DNA from: Octopus sinensis
Taxonomy: Eukaryota
NCBI RefSeq assembly: GCF_006345805.1
Contig: NC_043011.1
Span: forward strand, 56,680,464-56,744,463
DNA: 64,000 nucleotides
Direction: 5' to 3'
Positions within the stretch are counted from its first letter, which is position 1; each line of letters begins with the position of its first letter. The translations under genes and the position numbers were made by a program. Under the pieces are notes generated by a model. The model saw only the letters and a list, made by a program, of their open reading frames with translations, searched no databases and was not told the origin of the DNA. Shown one piece after another: positions 52,318 to 64,000 of the stretch.

Positions 52318-53089
52318 TTTATAACCAAATTTGGGCCCAAGGTCAGGGTTGGGGGTAAGTCACATTGACCCCAAGTGTTCAACTGGTATTTATTTAGCAA
52401 GAAGAAGAAGAACAACAACAACAACAATGATAATAACGATGAGGCATGGCTGTGTAGTTAAGAAGTTTGTTTCAGAACCCTGTGATCCCTGGTTCAATCC
52501 TATTGAATGGCACTTTGGGCAAGCGTCTTCTACTAAAGCCCTGGGACAACCAAAGTTTTGCGAGTGGATTTGGTTGACTAAATTTTCTACAGCCACCTTC
52601 ACATTCCCTGACTACCATTAGTATCGATCAGGTACCAGACAACGATTCTGGATTATTTTTCAGGTTGTTTTTACTTCATTTTTGAGAGCAGTCGGGTTCA
52701 TTCTTAGTTTTCTTGTTTACAAGAGCAGTTGAGTTTATTTCCGATATTCTCATTTTAAAAATCATCTCTGGCTAATCGTTGAGAGGACGTTGGTATTGCC
52801 TTGGTGGAGGTTTGCGCTCTCTGAGTGCTCTTGTTTTTTGTTTTTGTTCTGGGCATGATGTTCTTATACTTATGTGTTGAGATAGTTCATGATTGGGGCA
52901 TGTGTTCAGATTTCATGTTTAGGAAAGGGCCTATCCTGGTGGGATTACTGTCGCAGGTAGTGGCTCATCTTTGAAATATTTGAGTGCAAAATATAAGGTA
53001 TCCTTGGCCTGAAGAGCAGCTTGTGATTTACCTCTTGTTTGGATAATTTAGTAATTCCGAGGTTCTGCTAGCTATGATACATATGTAGC

Positions 53090-54125
53090 TTAGATTCCCT
53101 AATATTTGAACAAGCACACACACACACAAGAGGTGCAGTGGTATCATACAAAGGTTAACAGAGAAAGTAGTCTTTGTATGTGGCAGATGTACAGGCACAT
53201 TAAACACTAGGAATATGCAAAAAATATATTCCATCAAATATCCAGGAGGCTCCTTAGAAGTAGTAGACAGTTTCCATTACTTAAGCAACCAAGTTAGCAG
53301 TAGAGGAAGTAGTTCCAAAAGCATAGCTGCTAGAATGAGATGAGAACAGGTTGGGCTAAGTTCAGAGAGCTGCTACCTTTGTTAGTAATGAAGAGCCTCT
53401 CCCTCAGAGTAAAAAGCAGATTTATGACACCTTTGTATAAACAGTTATGCTACATGGCAGTGAGATATGGGCTGTGACTGCAGAGGACATGTGAAAGGTT
53501 GGAAGACAGGAAGCCAGTATTGTCTGCTGGATTGGTAATGTCAGTGTGCATGTACAACAGAGAGTAAGTGACTTGAGAGAAAAACTGGGTACAGGAGGCA
53601 TCAGATGTAAAAAAAGTGAGAGAGAAGACTCCACTAAATATGGTCATGTGATGCATTTGGATGAAGATAGTTGCATCAAGAATTGCCGATATCTAATTGT
53701 AGAGGGGATGTGTGGAAGGGGTAGACGAAGCAAGATGTATGATGAAGTGGTGAGAAAGGGTCTCCTGATGTTGGACGTCACCGCAGGGATGACAAGGGAC
53801 TGAGGTTTCTGGTGGTTTGCTGTGCTTGAAGAAACATGCCAAGTTGAGTAAAACTGTGACCATCCATACATACAGGCAGGTCCTCCACATTTCTGTCTTA
53901 GGTGAGAAATCCTAAGCACCTGTGCCAGTGTGACGTAAGAGTGCCCATGCCAGTGCCACGTTGGTGTTAGAAAGTGTATCTAGCCATAGAGACCATGCCA
54001 AAACAGACGAAATGGAACCCAATCAGCTTTCCAGCTGGCCAGCTCTTGTCAAACTGTCCAACCCATGCCCACATGGAAAACAGACATTAAATTGTGGTGA
54101 TGATGATGATGATGATGATGATCGT
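53090..54125 (+). mobile_element. RTE-clade LINE 3' fragment
   Basis: VSDLREKLG...YGHVMHLDEDSCIKNCRYLIVEGMCGRGR; (GAT)n tail. Confidence 0.85.
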
Positions 54126-55139
54126 CATCATATATACGTGGATGGTGCCACATTAAAAGCACTCAGCACACACTGCAAAGTGGTTGACATTTGGACATAG
54201 CTCGGGAGAAGAAAGGAAAATAGAAAGAATATGAATAAAAGTAATAATGATGAGGATGATGATGATGATGTTGATGACATCTTTTATCTACAACAGGGAC
54301 ATAGAAGAGGGGAATGTTTGCAATTTGGGTGGGGGTGGGGTACATAAAAAGATGTAGGGAAAAAGAAAGAAAAAGACAGTGAAATGAGATTAAAAAAAAA
54401 TACTTTGTGTAGAAAGTGTGTGATGACATGGATGATGCTGTCCATCTGATGCAGGAAAAACTCCAACTAGAGTCAATCAAGGAACCCCACAGATCCAGGA
54501 TTGCCCTGACCACTAAAGGTTCGAACATCCACCCAATTGCTGTTCTCCAATCTACAAGTGTACGCTCAGAGTAGCTCCATTCGCATTGGCCATTTTTGCC
54601 ATAATCAACCACCATTTGACAAATTCACTGGGAGACAATTATTCCAAAAATAATAATAATGAAAATAAACATTCCAGGATGACAAAAATAATTTGTGAAC
54701 AACCAATAAACATCAAGGAAGCACATATTCGGAAAGGAAGAAGTGAAAATAAGAATCGAGATTGCCTTTTTTCCGTTTTTTTTTTTTTTTTGCTTGTTTT
54801 GTAGAAGTTGATTGATAAAATTAGTAATCATCATCATCATCATCGTTGTACACTAATTTGAGATCTGCAGACTTTTAGCTCGCGATTCCACATTTCTATT
54901 TTCTGCCTTACATCTGGATATGTTCTTTGAATGTTTCAATAACATTTTCTCTCCCCACCTCTCTCTCTCTCTTTTCTCTTTGTCTCTTCTCTCTCTCTCT
55001 CTCTCTCTCTCTCCTTCTCTCATTTCTTATACACACACACACATAGATACAGGTATGTACATGTATATGTATATACATTGTATATATAAATATATACTTA
55101 TATTTTCCAGCATGGAAAACGGACATTCAGTGATGACAA

Positions 55140-55158
55140 TATATATGTTGTGTGTGTG

Positions 55159-55210
<52 letters not shown>

Positions 55211-55230
55211 CATACATATACATATATATA

Positions 55231-55262
<32 letters not shown>

Positions 55263-55332
55263 ATGTATATATATGTATATATATATATATATGTATGTAT
55301 ATATATGTATATATATGTGTATATATATATTA

Positions 55333-55397
<65 letters not shown>

Positions 55398-55881
55398 TAT
55401 AAACACATGCACACACACACACACACATACACACACAGAGGAATACCCAGTTACTAGAATATTGCATCGGTATTTGAACATATAAATAAATGTGAAAAGG
55501 AAAGAAAAAAAAGGAAAAATAAGAAAAAATAAATAATTGCTGATTGATGTCTAGACTTCGGAAAAAAAACCAACTAAATTTTTAAATTTCTAAAATACCT
55601 TAAGGAAAAAGAAGAAAAAAAAATCCCATAAAAATAGATATAAATAACGAAGGAAATAATTAAATTGGACACAGTTTTATGTTTATGAGTTTATGCACTT
55701 GAATTAGCATCTGCGAAATGAAATTAAATGTTTTTACTGCGTTTTGAACAGAGTGAAAGATTTGTTCATATTGCTGTTTCTCTTTCTCTCCTTATGCGTA
55801 ATCCAATAACAGCTAAGTGCATTTCCAACATGTCTTGTAATTTGCATAATAATTCTGTGTGTGTGAGTGTGTGTATATATA

Positions 55882-55925
<44 letters not shown>

Positions 55926-56186
55926 TGATCTGAATTCAGAGCATTTATTGGAGAAAAATTACCAATTCTTTAATGAGGGTTGAATAAGATAAGAAATTAG
56001 ACAGATTGATTTCTGTTTCTGCCTACAGAAAGAGAGGAGAGAGAGAGAGAGAGAGATAACATGAAAGCAGTTGCTTAAATGCTTTGTTTATTTTTCATCA
56101 GGAAGCTAAAACTGGATGTTTATTACAGGGATACCATACATTCGTGTATATATATATAGTATATATATATATAGATATATATATAT

Positions 56187-56233
<47 letters not shown>

Positions 56234-56343
56234 TATATATATGCATAATATATATATGCATATATATATATGCATATATATAATATAATATATGCATATA
56301 TTATATATGCATTATATATATTATATAGATATATATATATAGA

Positions 56344-56385
<42 letters not shown>

Positions 56386-56430
56386 TATATATATATATAT
56401 GCATATATATATATATAATATATATATATA

Positions 56431-56464
<34 letters not shown>

Positions 56465-56872
56465 TATATATATATATTATATATATATATATATACTATA
56501 TATATATATGCATATATATATGCATATATATATATATATAATATAATATATATGCATATATATATATATATATATATATATGCATATATATATATATATG
56601 TCCCAGATGAACCAACTTCACGGCAGGAGGGGCAGATGAGGCAGCTGCATCGAACTCTCTCATGCACCAAATAGCAGTTGCTAGAAAGCCTCCATGAAGT
56701 GAAACCAAGTAGCAACACCAAATGGCGGTGCCCCAGCATGGCACAGCTCATGAGCTGAAACTGGAATCAATCAATCAATCAATCAATCAATATATATATA
56801 TATAGATATAATATAATGCATATATATATATAATATATATATATATAATGCATATATATATATATATATATA

Positions 56873-56916
<44 letters not shown>

Positions 56917-57015
56917 TATATATATATATATATATATATGCATATATATGCATATATATATATATTATATATATATATATATATGCACACACACATACGT
57001 GTACGTGTGTGTGTG
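55140..57015. repeat. Large compound (TA)n/(CA)n microsatellite blocks (55140-55435, 55860-55925, 56140-56600, 56765-57015)
   Basis: Directly visible; TA runs are punctuated by tgca. Confidence 0.95.
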
Positions 57016-57048
57016 TATAGAGAACGTTATTTTTTTAAAGTGTGTCTC

Positions 57049-57414
57049 TAAAGATTTTTCTATAGAAACTGGAGCCAGCACCGAAAGTTATGGTGTTTCA
57101 TATATGAATACATCCATCCATGTAAACCATGCAAATGAAGATAGAAAAGTAATGGGTGGTGTGTATGGATGTTTCAGGAGTTCTATATCCAACTGTGCTA
57201 CTCTGCTATATTTCGTGACTATTTTAGCAATGTGTTTATGGATGGTTAATAGGTTGGATGTGGTACTGAAAAAAAAGGGCAAGAACTCCTGAAAATGCAT
57301 ATACACCCATTACCAGTTCTTTTCTTTCTTTGTTCACATTGTTTACAGAGACGTATTTTTATACAAAGCATTGTAACTTTCAGTGCTAGCTCTAATTTCT
57401 ATAGAAAATCTGTA
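57049..57414. mobile_element. MITE with long degenerate TIRs
   Basis: agattttctatagaaa..gagc.agcac.gaaagtta is present inverted at both ends. Confidence 0.6.
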
Positions 57415-57789
57415 GAAATAACTTGAAAAGTAATTTAATCGCACTTCTAGTGCCATTTGAATGTGGCTGATGCCAGTGCTGCCTTGACTGGCTTCCATGC
57501 CAGTGGCACTTAAAAAGCACCAACTGATCGTTGTCTCCTCTGGCCTCTGTGTCAGTGGCACATAAAAAGCACCCACTACACTCTCGAAGTGGTTGGCGTT
57601 AGGAAGGGCTTCAAGCTGTAGAAACATTGCCAGATCAGATTGGAGCCTGGTGCTGCTTCCGGGCTTCCCAGACCCCGGTCGAAGCATCCAACCCATGCCA
57701 ACATGGAAAAACGGACGTTAAATCCTGATGATGATGATGATGATGATGATGCTAACACAGGAAGGACACAGTAATGACTTGTAAGCTTT

Positions 57790-58260
57790 CAATATGATTG
57801 GTAGTATATTAGGGTTGCATAACGAAATGTTGTGTCTCAACCAGCAGTTCATCTTTGGTATTATAAGGAGTTTTGTTGGTCGCTTGCTCAACTGTGTCCC
57901 ACACATAATAATCAAAGGGTTTACAGTCCGGAGAGTTAGGTGACCAGAAATTATCTGATAGCCATGACTGGGTTCTCCTGCTTGTGTAGCATTGTGCAGA
58001 TTCCTGTTGCTAGACATAGGGTCTTCAGCAGACCCAGGTCTGCACTACCTCCTCCAAGCACTTGATGTGGGTCTCCATGTTGAGTCTGAGGCCATGTGGG
58101 AAGATGAATGGAGGGATAGCATCACCATCACTAATGATGTTGACTGGATGTTTGATTTTTATCACACTTGGGACATATCCTCAGATGGACACCCAAACAC
58201 TCTGAAAGGTTTGTATTGCAGCTTCCAGTATAAATGCGAAGCAGTACAGCATGATGTTTA
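57790..58260 (-). mobile_element. Tc1/mariner (maT/DD37D-like) transposase remnant
   Basis: KIKHPVNI..DGDAIPPFIFPHGLRLN, QQESA and WSPNSPDCKPFDYYVWDTVEQATNKTPYNTKDEL. Confidence 0.8.
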
Positions 58261-58429
58261 CAAATTTCTGGCAGAGTGAATTGTATCATGGTGCTGTTTT
58301 TCTCACAGACGGTGCCCAACTGACCCTACTATGCTGTGTAGTTGACAAAATCAAAAACAAACAATGCACATGTTCAAAATAAAAAATATAAAACGGTGAC
58401 AATTTACCCATCTCATCCTGTATACATAC

Positions 58430-58472
<43 letters not shown>

Positions 58473-58479
58473 TAAATAC

Positions 58480-58510
<31 letters not shown>

Positions 58511-58525
58511 ATATGCATAAATACA

Positions 58526-58573
<48 letters not shown>

Positions 58574-58619
58574 ACACGCATACATATATATGTATACAGA
58601 TATCATAATCGTCTTTTAA

Positions 58620-60300
58620 AGTCCCCTTTCCATGCTGGCATGCGTTGGACGGCTTGACTGAGGACTGGTGAGCCATAAGGCTGCACCAGGCTCAATCTAA
58701 TCTGGCAAAGTTTCTACAGCTGGATTCCCTTCCTAATGCCAACCACTCCGAGAGTGTAGTGTGTGCTTTTACGTGCCATTGACAAAAGAGTTAGTCAGGC
58801 GGTACTGGCATAGACCATGCACAAATTGTGCTTTTTATGTGCCACGGGTACAGGAGCCAGTCAGGTGGCACTGGCAACGACAATGCTCGAAATGTGGTTT
58901 TTCATGTGTCACTGGCACGGGAGCCAGTTAGGTGTCACTGGAAATGATCACGCTCGAATGGTGCTTTTTATGTGCGTCTGGCACGGGAGCCAATTAGGAG
59001 GCAATGGCAATGATAACGCTCAAATGGTGCTTTTAACATGCCACTGGCACGGGTGCCAATCAGGCGGTACTATCATCGGCCATAACAATGATTTCACTTG
59101 CCTCAACAGGTCTTCGTAAGTGCAGTTTATTTCCTAATGATTGAAGGGTACTTTTGAATGGCCTGGTTATGCTGCATTGCATAGGCCATGGTTACGGTCT
59201 CACTTGGTTTGTCAGGTCTTCTCAAGCACAGCATATCTCCAAAGGTCTTGGTCACTAGTCATTGCTTCGGTGAGGCCCAATGTTCGATGGTTGTGCTTGA
59301 CCACCTCATCCCAGGTCTTCCTGGGTCTATCTCTTCCACAGGTTCTAGGGTGTGACACTTTTTCACACAGCTGTCCTCATCCATTTACAACACATGACTA
59401 TACTAGCACAGTTGTCTCTCTTGCACACCACATCTGATGCTTCTTAAGTCCAACTTTTCCTACACTCTGTCATGTATGCACACTGACATTACATATCCAG
59501 CAGAGCATACTGGCTTCATTCCTTGCAAGCTTACGCATGTCTTCAGCAGTCACGGCCCATGTTTCATTGCCATGTAGTATGGCTGTTCACACACATGCGT
59601 CATGCAATCTACCTTTTACTCTGAGTGAGAAGCCCTTTGTCACCAGCAGAAGTAGGAGCTCTCTGAACTTTGTCCAGGCTATTCTTAATCTAGCAGCTAC
59701 ACTTTCAGAGCATCCACCCCTGCTGACTTGGTCACCTAGGTAACGGAAGTTATCAACGACTTGTAGTATTTCTCCCTGGAATGTGACGGAAGTTGTTCTC
59801 TGCACACTTTCAGTGTTTATTGCTCCTGAGCATCTGCAACATACAAAAACTATCTTCCCAGTTAGCCTTCCTTTGATATTACTACACCTCTTATGTGTCC
59901 ATAGCTTACACTGGGTACATCTTATGGAGTTTTACTTACGCCTTTTTTACAGATCGAGCAGGGCCAACTATTTGAAGGGATTTGTGGTTTGTCTGCTTTC
60001 CTACTTATCAAGACTGTGGTTTTTGCTAAGTTGACTCTAAGGCCCTTTGATTCTAGACCTTGCTTCCACATCTGAAACTTCTCCCCTAGTTCTGATAGTG
60101 ACTCAGCTATTAGAGCAAGGTCATCAGCATAGAGGAGCTCCCAGGGGCATCCTATCTTCAATTTCTCTGTTATTGCCTGGAGGACTATGATGAATAAGAG
60201 GGGGCTAAGGACTGACCCTTGGTAAACCCCTACTCCTACCTAGAATTCTTCACTGTACTCATTGCCAAACCTCACCTTACTGACAGCATCCCTGTACATG
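58620..60300 (-). mobile_element. RTE-clade LINE fragment with a 3' UTR carrying ~60-bp subrepeats
   Basis: GCPWELLYADDLALIAESLSELGEKFQMWKQGLESKGLRVNLAKT and QVVDNFRYLGDQVSRGG motifs. Confidence 0.9.
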
Positions 60301-60499
60301 GCTTATATATACATCCATCTAACTATATATATATATATGCAAAGATACATATCTTTATGTATGTATGTTTGTATGTATATGTATATATATATATATATAC
60401 ACACACATGCAAAGATATATATTTTCATGTATGTGTATATATATATATATGTATATACATACATATATATTTATATATGTGTGTGTGTATATATATGTG

Positions 60500-60714
60500 C
60501 ATGTGAGTTTGACCATGTGTGTACCATTGGCTATTTTTTTCCCCTCCGTCTTCCCTTCTTTGGATCTTTCCTTTTCCTATGTTTCTGACGAAGAGCTCCT
60601 CTCGAAACGTTAAACCCTCCTTCTTTCCTTCTTTCCTGAGTGTCCAATAATACTATACCTGTTCTACATCCTCTCGTTGTTGTGTTTTCTCTTTGTGTTT
60701 TCATGTTTGGATTA

Positions 60715-60720
<6 letters not shown>
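60500..60720 (+). mobile_element. Short hammerhead-bearing non-autonomous repeat (Penelope pLTR- or retrozyme-like)
   Basis: Pyrimidine-rich leader, hammerhead motif, then ctttcctgagtgtc.aa.taatac shared with the 7545-7830 copy; flanked by (TA)n. Confidence 0.45.
60581..60615 (+). ncRNA. Minimal hammerhead ribozyme motif in a microsatellite-flanked repeat
   Basis: gttt-CTGACGA-A-GAG(ctcct)CTC-GAA-ACGT-T-aaac. Confidence 0.6.
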
Positions 60721-60753
<33 letters not shown>

Positions 60754-60963
60754 CTGGTGGCACGTAAAAAGCACCTCCTACGCTCTCAGAGTGGTTGATG
60801 TTAGGAAGGGCATCCAGCTGTAGAAACATTGCCAGATCAGATTGGAGTCTGGTGCGGCCTCCTGGCTTGCCTGTCCCCAGTCAAACCATCCAACCCATGC
60901 CAGCATTGAAAAGGGACGTTAAATGATGATTATGATGATATGCACTTTCATATAGTTGAGCTA

Positions 60964-61145
60964 TATATTCTTGGTTATGGCATATAAACGGTCAGAAAGT
61001 CACCATTATTTTCACATCTGGTGTTGTATTTGGCAACTTAGATGACTCAGCATGTCTGATGAGTCAGCTACATTGCCAATTGCAAGAGCAGACATGAAAC
61101 CGATGCTTACTTTCTGACCTGTTATATGCCATAACCAAGAATATA
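60964..61145. mobile_element. Fold-back MITE
   Basis: TIR tatattcttggttatggcatataa..ggtcagaaagt plus an inner palindrome ttggcaa..tgactca/tgagtca..ttgccaa. Confidence 0.7.
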
Positions 61146-61309
61146 CAAGAATATTCTGCTCAAATCCATAAATGTATTACTGCTCAAAATTTCTTTTAGC
61201 ATCTGCTCTTTTTCTAACTTATGTAGAATTGACCAATATATGTGTGTGTATGTATATGTATATATATATACACACACACCATCATCATCATCATCGTATA
61301 GTGAATGAG

Positions 61310-61480
61310 GAAAGCTTGGTTTGCAATGTTTGCAGTCGTGTCTGCTTGTCAAGAGTAGGACTCATTAGCCAGCAACGGAGCTGCAAATGCAAAATATAAG
61401 TTAGTCCTAGAGCGCACAATGTTCCTGAAGGTCGGCAGTGGTCTTCCTCGGTCACGAGTGGACGGCCATCATATACACAC
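61310..61480 (+). mobile_element. LINE 3' end with a C-terminal Cys motif
   Basis: LVCNVCSRVCLSRVGLISQQRSC followed by a short tail. Confidence 0.55.
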
Positions 61481-61869
61481 ACACCATCATCATCATCATC
61501 ATCATCATCATTTAATACTCACTTGTCCATACTTGCTTGGATCAAATGGAATTCACTGAGGCAGATATTTTTCAGTCCAATGCCCTTCCTGTCGCCAAAC
61601 TTTCAGCTGTTTCCAAGCAAAGTAATATTTTCCTATGGCCAGACATGTTTTTCACAGGAGACTGAAAGCAAACAATTCTGAATGCCAGTGATACATACAC
61701 ACACACTGGGCTTCTTTCCCTTTCCGTTTACCAAATCCACTCACAAGGCTTTGATCAGCCTCAAGCTCTAGTAAAAGACACTTGCCCTAGGTGCCACACA
61801 ATACCACTGAACCCCAAGCCATGTGGTTGGGAAGCAAACTTGTTACCACACAGCCACTCCTGCAATATA

Positions 61870-61911
<42 letters not shown>

Positions 61912-62198
61912 AACTACTACTAGCTAGACTCATTTCAGACAAAATATAGATATATATTTTTAATAATTATGTTATGAATATATATTATTAATAATTGTGG
62001 GAAGTTGTGAAAAAACAAAAGTAAATAATTAGATAAATAATAAATATATAATAACATAATGTAAATAAATAAGTGTTTTAAAATAAAGAAATAGTTAATA
62101 TAAAATGAAATTTTAAAAATTAATGAAATGAAATAAAGTAAAATAAATAAAGAAAATGAAAAATAAAATAAAAATGTAAATGAAACAATGATGATGAC

Positions 62199-62250
<52 letters not shown>

Positions 62251-62779
62251 TAATAATAATAACAAGCACAACAACAACAACAACCTGTTAAACAGATGTG
62301 AAAGAGAAACCAAAGCAGTAGGGAAAATAAAAGATAATTTGTCTCTGAATAATTAATATTACATTAAAGGAATTTATCCCAATAAGTTGTTGATGTAGTA
62401 AAAATACAATTATTAATTATTTATATTTGTAAAGAAAAAAAAACAAGCAAAAATAAAAACACTTTTAAGTCCCACCCACTGCAACAAAAATTTCTTTTTT
62501 GAACTACAGAAAAATAACTCTTAAAATAACATTAATTATCCTTTTAAGTCAGATTTTCATCCTGTAGGGGTGAAGCTGGAGAATGGAATATGCAGCAGTC
62601 ACCAATGTATTTCCATTTATTTTCATTCTATTATACAGATTCATCTATTTGGTGTGATGTTTCTATTGGTTTTTTCTCAAACTTTCACTCCAAAGGATCA
62701 TGGATGAACTGTCTTCTCCACTCTTCATAATTTATTTTATCCCAGTATTTCAGCAACAGTGACATTAATTTTGTAATTG

Positions 62780-63650
62780 CGCTGGCTGTTGTGCACCATG
62801 CCAGAAAGCCAAAGTTCAACATCATATCAGAACACCTTCAGGCACTTTTGCTACTCCTGATGATTGCTTCAAGCACATCCACATAGATATTGTGGGTCCA
62901 TTATCACCAGCTCAAGATAAAATTCATATTTTGACCTACAAAGAGCATCTTTCAAGGAATCCTGAAACCATGTCAGTTAAAGACATCTCATTTCTCATTG
63001 TTGCAAAGGCCCTATTGGCCGAGCAGATTTCACGATTTGGAGCTCTTTTGACCATAATGACTAACAGAGATCGTCAGTTTGAATCTAGTCTTTTGTCCAA
63101 TCTTTCTAACCACCTAGGCACCTGGTGAATCCACACAATGGCTTATTGCCCAACAGGATAATAGAGTGTATTCATTGCCAAATAATAGCAGCTCTTTGTG
63201 CTTATTCTGATTCAGATCGTTGGTGGAAAGTTTTACCCGTTGATTTATTAGGTCTTTGTTCCCCTGTTAGGGATATTCACAAGCAGAATTACTTTATGAT
63301 TCCCCTCTTATTCTATCTGGTCAAATGGTTTTTACTACAGCTCCAGCTATTCAACATTCTGACCAGCAGATTACATCCACCGATTGCTTAGACAGATGAC
63401 AGAATTACCTCTGTTGGCAACGAGACCACAATTGATCAACACTGTTGTTCCACCAGATATTCATGCATGGACACATGTATTCATATATAATGATGCATTT
63501 AGACATCCATTACAGACACCATTTACAGACTCATATCATGTATTGAAAGCAAAGCCCAAGTGCATGGTGTTGAATGTTCAAGGGAAACATCAGACAGCAT
63601 CGATCGATTAAAGCAGGCTTTTATCGATTCGTCTCCTTGTCAGCAACACC
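62780..63650 (+). mobile_element. Gypsy/Ty3 LTR-retrotransposon integrase remnant
   Basis: CAPCQKAKV..HIHIDIVGPL, ISRFG..TNRDRQFESSL and THVFIYNDAFRHPLQTP...SIDRLKQA; stops and frameshifts. Confidence 0.85.
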
Positions 63651-64000
63651 CGACTCTTTTTCTTCCACATCCACACCTCTTATGCATACACATGACACAC
63701 CATCCATTACCAATGCACCTGTCAATATGCCTTCTTCTCACAGAATTAGCCAAAGCAGCAGAATGATTCATTGGCCAACAAAATATGTTCATACTTATTA
63801 TTTGTAGTCAACTTACAAAAAAAAGAAAAAGCAAATAGATAAAACAAACATCTTCAATAATCTACCTGTGGATCTTAAATCACAATTCAGTCGTGAGTAC
63901 AGACAAAATGTTATCCAATGACTGACCATTGTTCGTGTGAGAGTTCAGTGGTCTGACTAGAACTTTCCATGAGCAGATTAAGTTGCTATACACTCACCTA

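Noticed and set aside
61056-61107. CTGATGA-GTC...GAC-at-GAAAC hammerhead-like string
   Set aside because: 2-nt insertion before GAAA and no UH or stem III; explained by the palindromic interior of the fold-back MITE.

Overview
AT-rich, repeat-dense animal genomic DNA. The repeat families (tRNA-head SINEs with RTE-type (GAT)n tails, RTE LINEs, many MITEs, long TA/CA/CAT microsatellites) look like Octopus; this is inference, not a database result. One protein-coding gene is well supported: a TEX9 orthologue on the minus strand. Its seven phase-compatible GT-AG coding exons (12484-12620, 9856-9919, 8797-8906, 7433-7505, 5337-5407, 2244-2443, 540-622) give about 239 codons and continue off the left edge. 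A candidate RFX (X-box) promoter and first exon lie at about 35.7-36.1 kb. Almost all listed ORFs are microsatellite or TE artefacts. The most notable signal is five minimal type-I hammerhead-ribozyme motifs with palindromic stem III, in different repeat contexts. One has a fully intact core and a long stem II and lies on the TEX9 sense strand about 150 nt upstream of a 3' splice site. Other observations: a 198-bp locally templated insertion inside a SINE, a ~260-bp inverted repeat next to a TEX9 exon, a tandem array built from an RTE 3' end, and a TTAGGG-carrying MITE. All alignments, folds and family assignments were done by eye and from memory, and TE boundaries are approximate.
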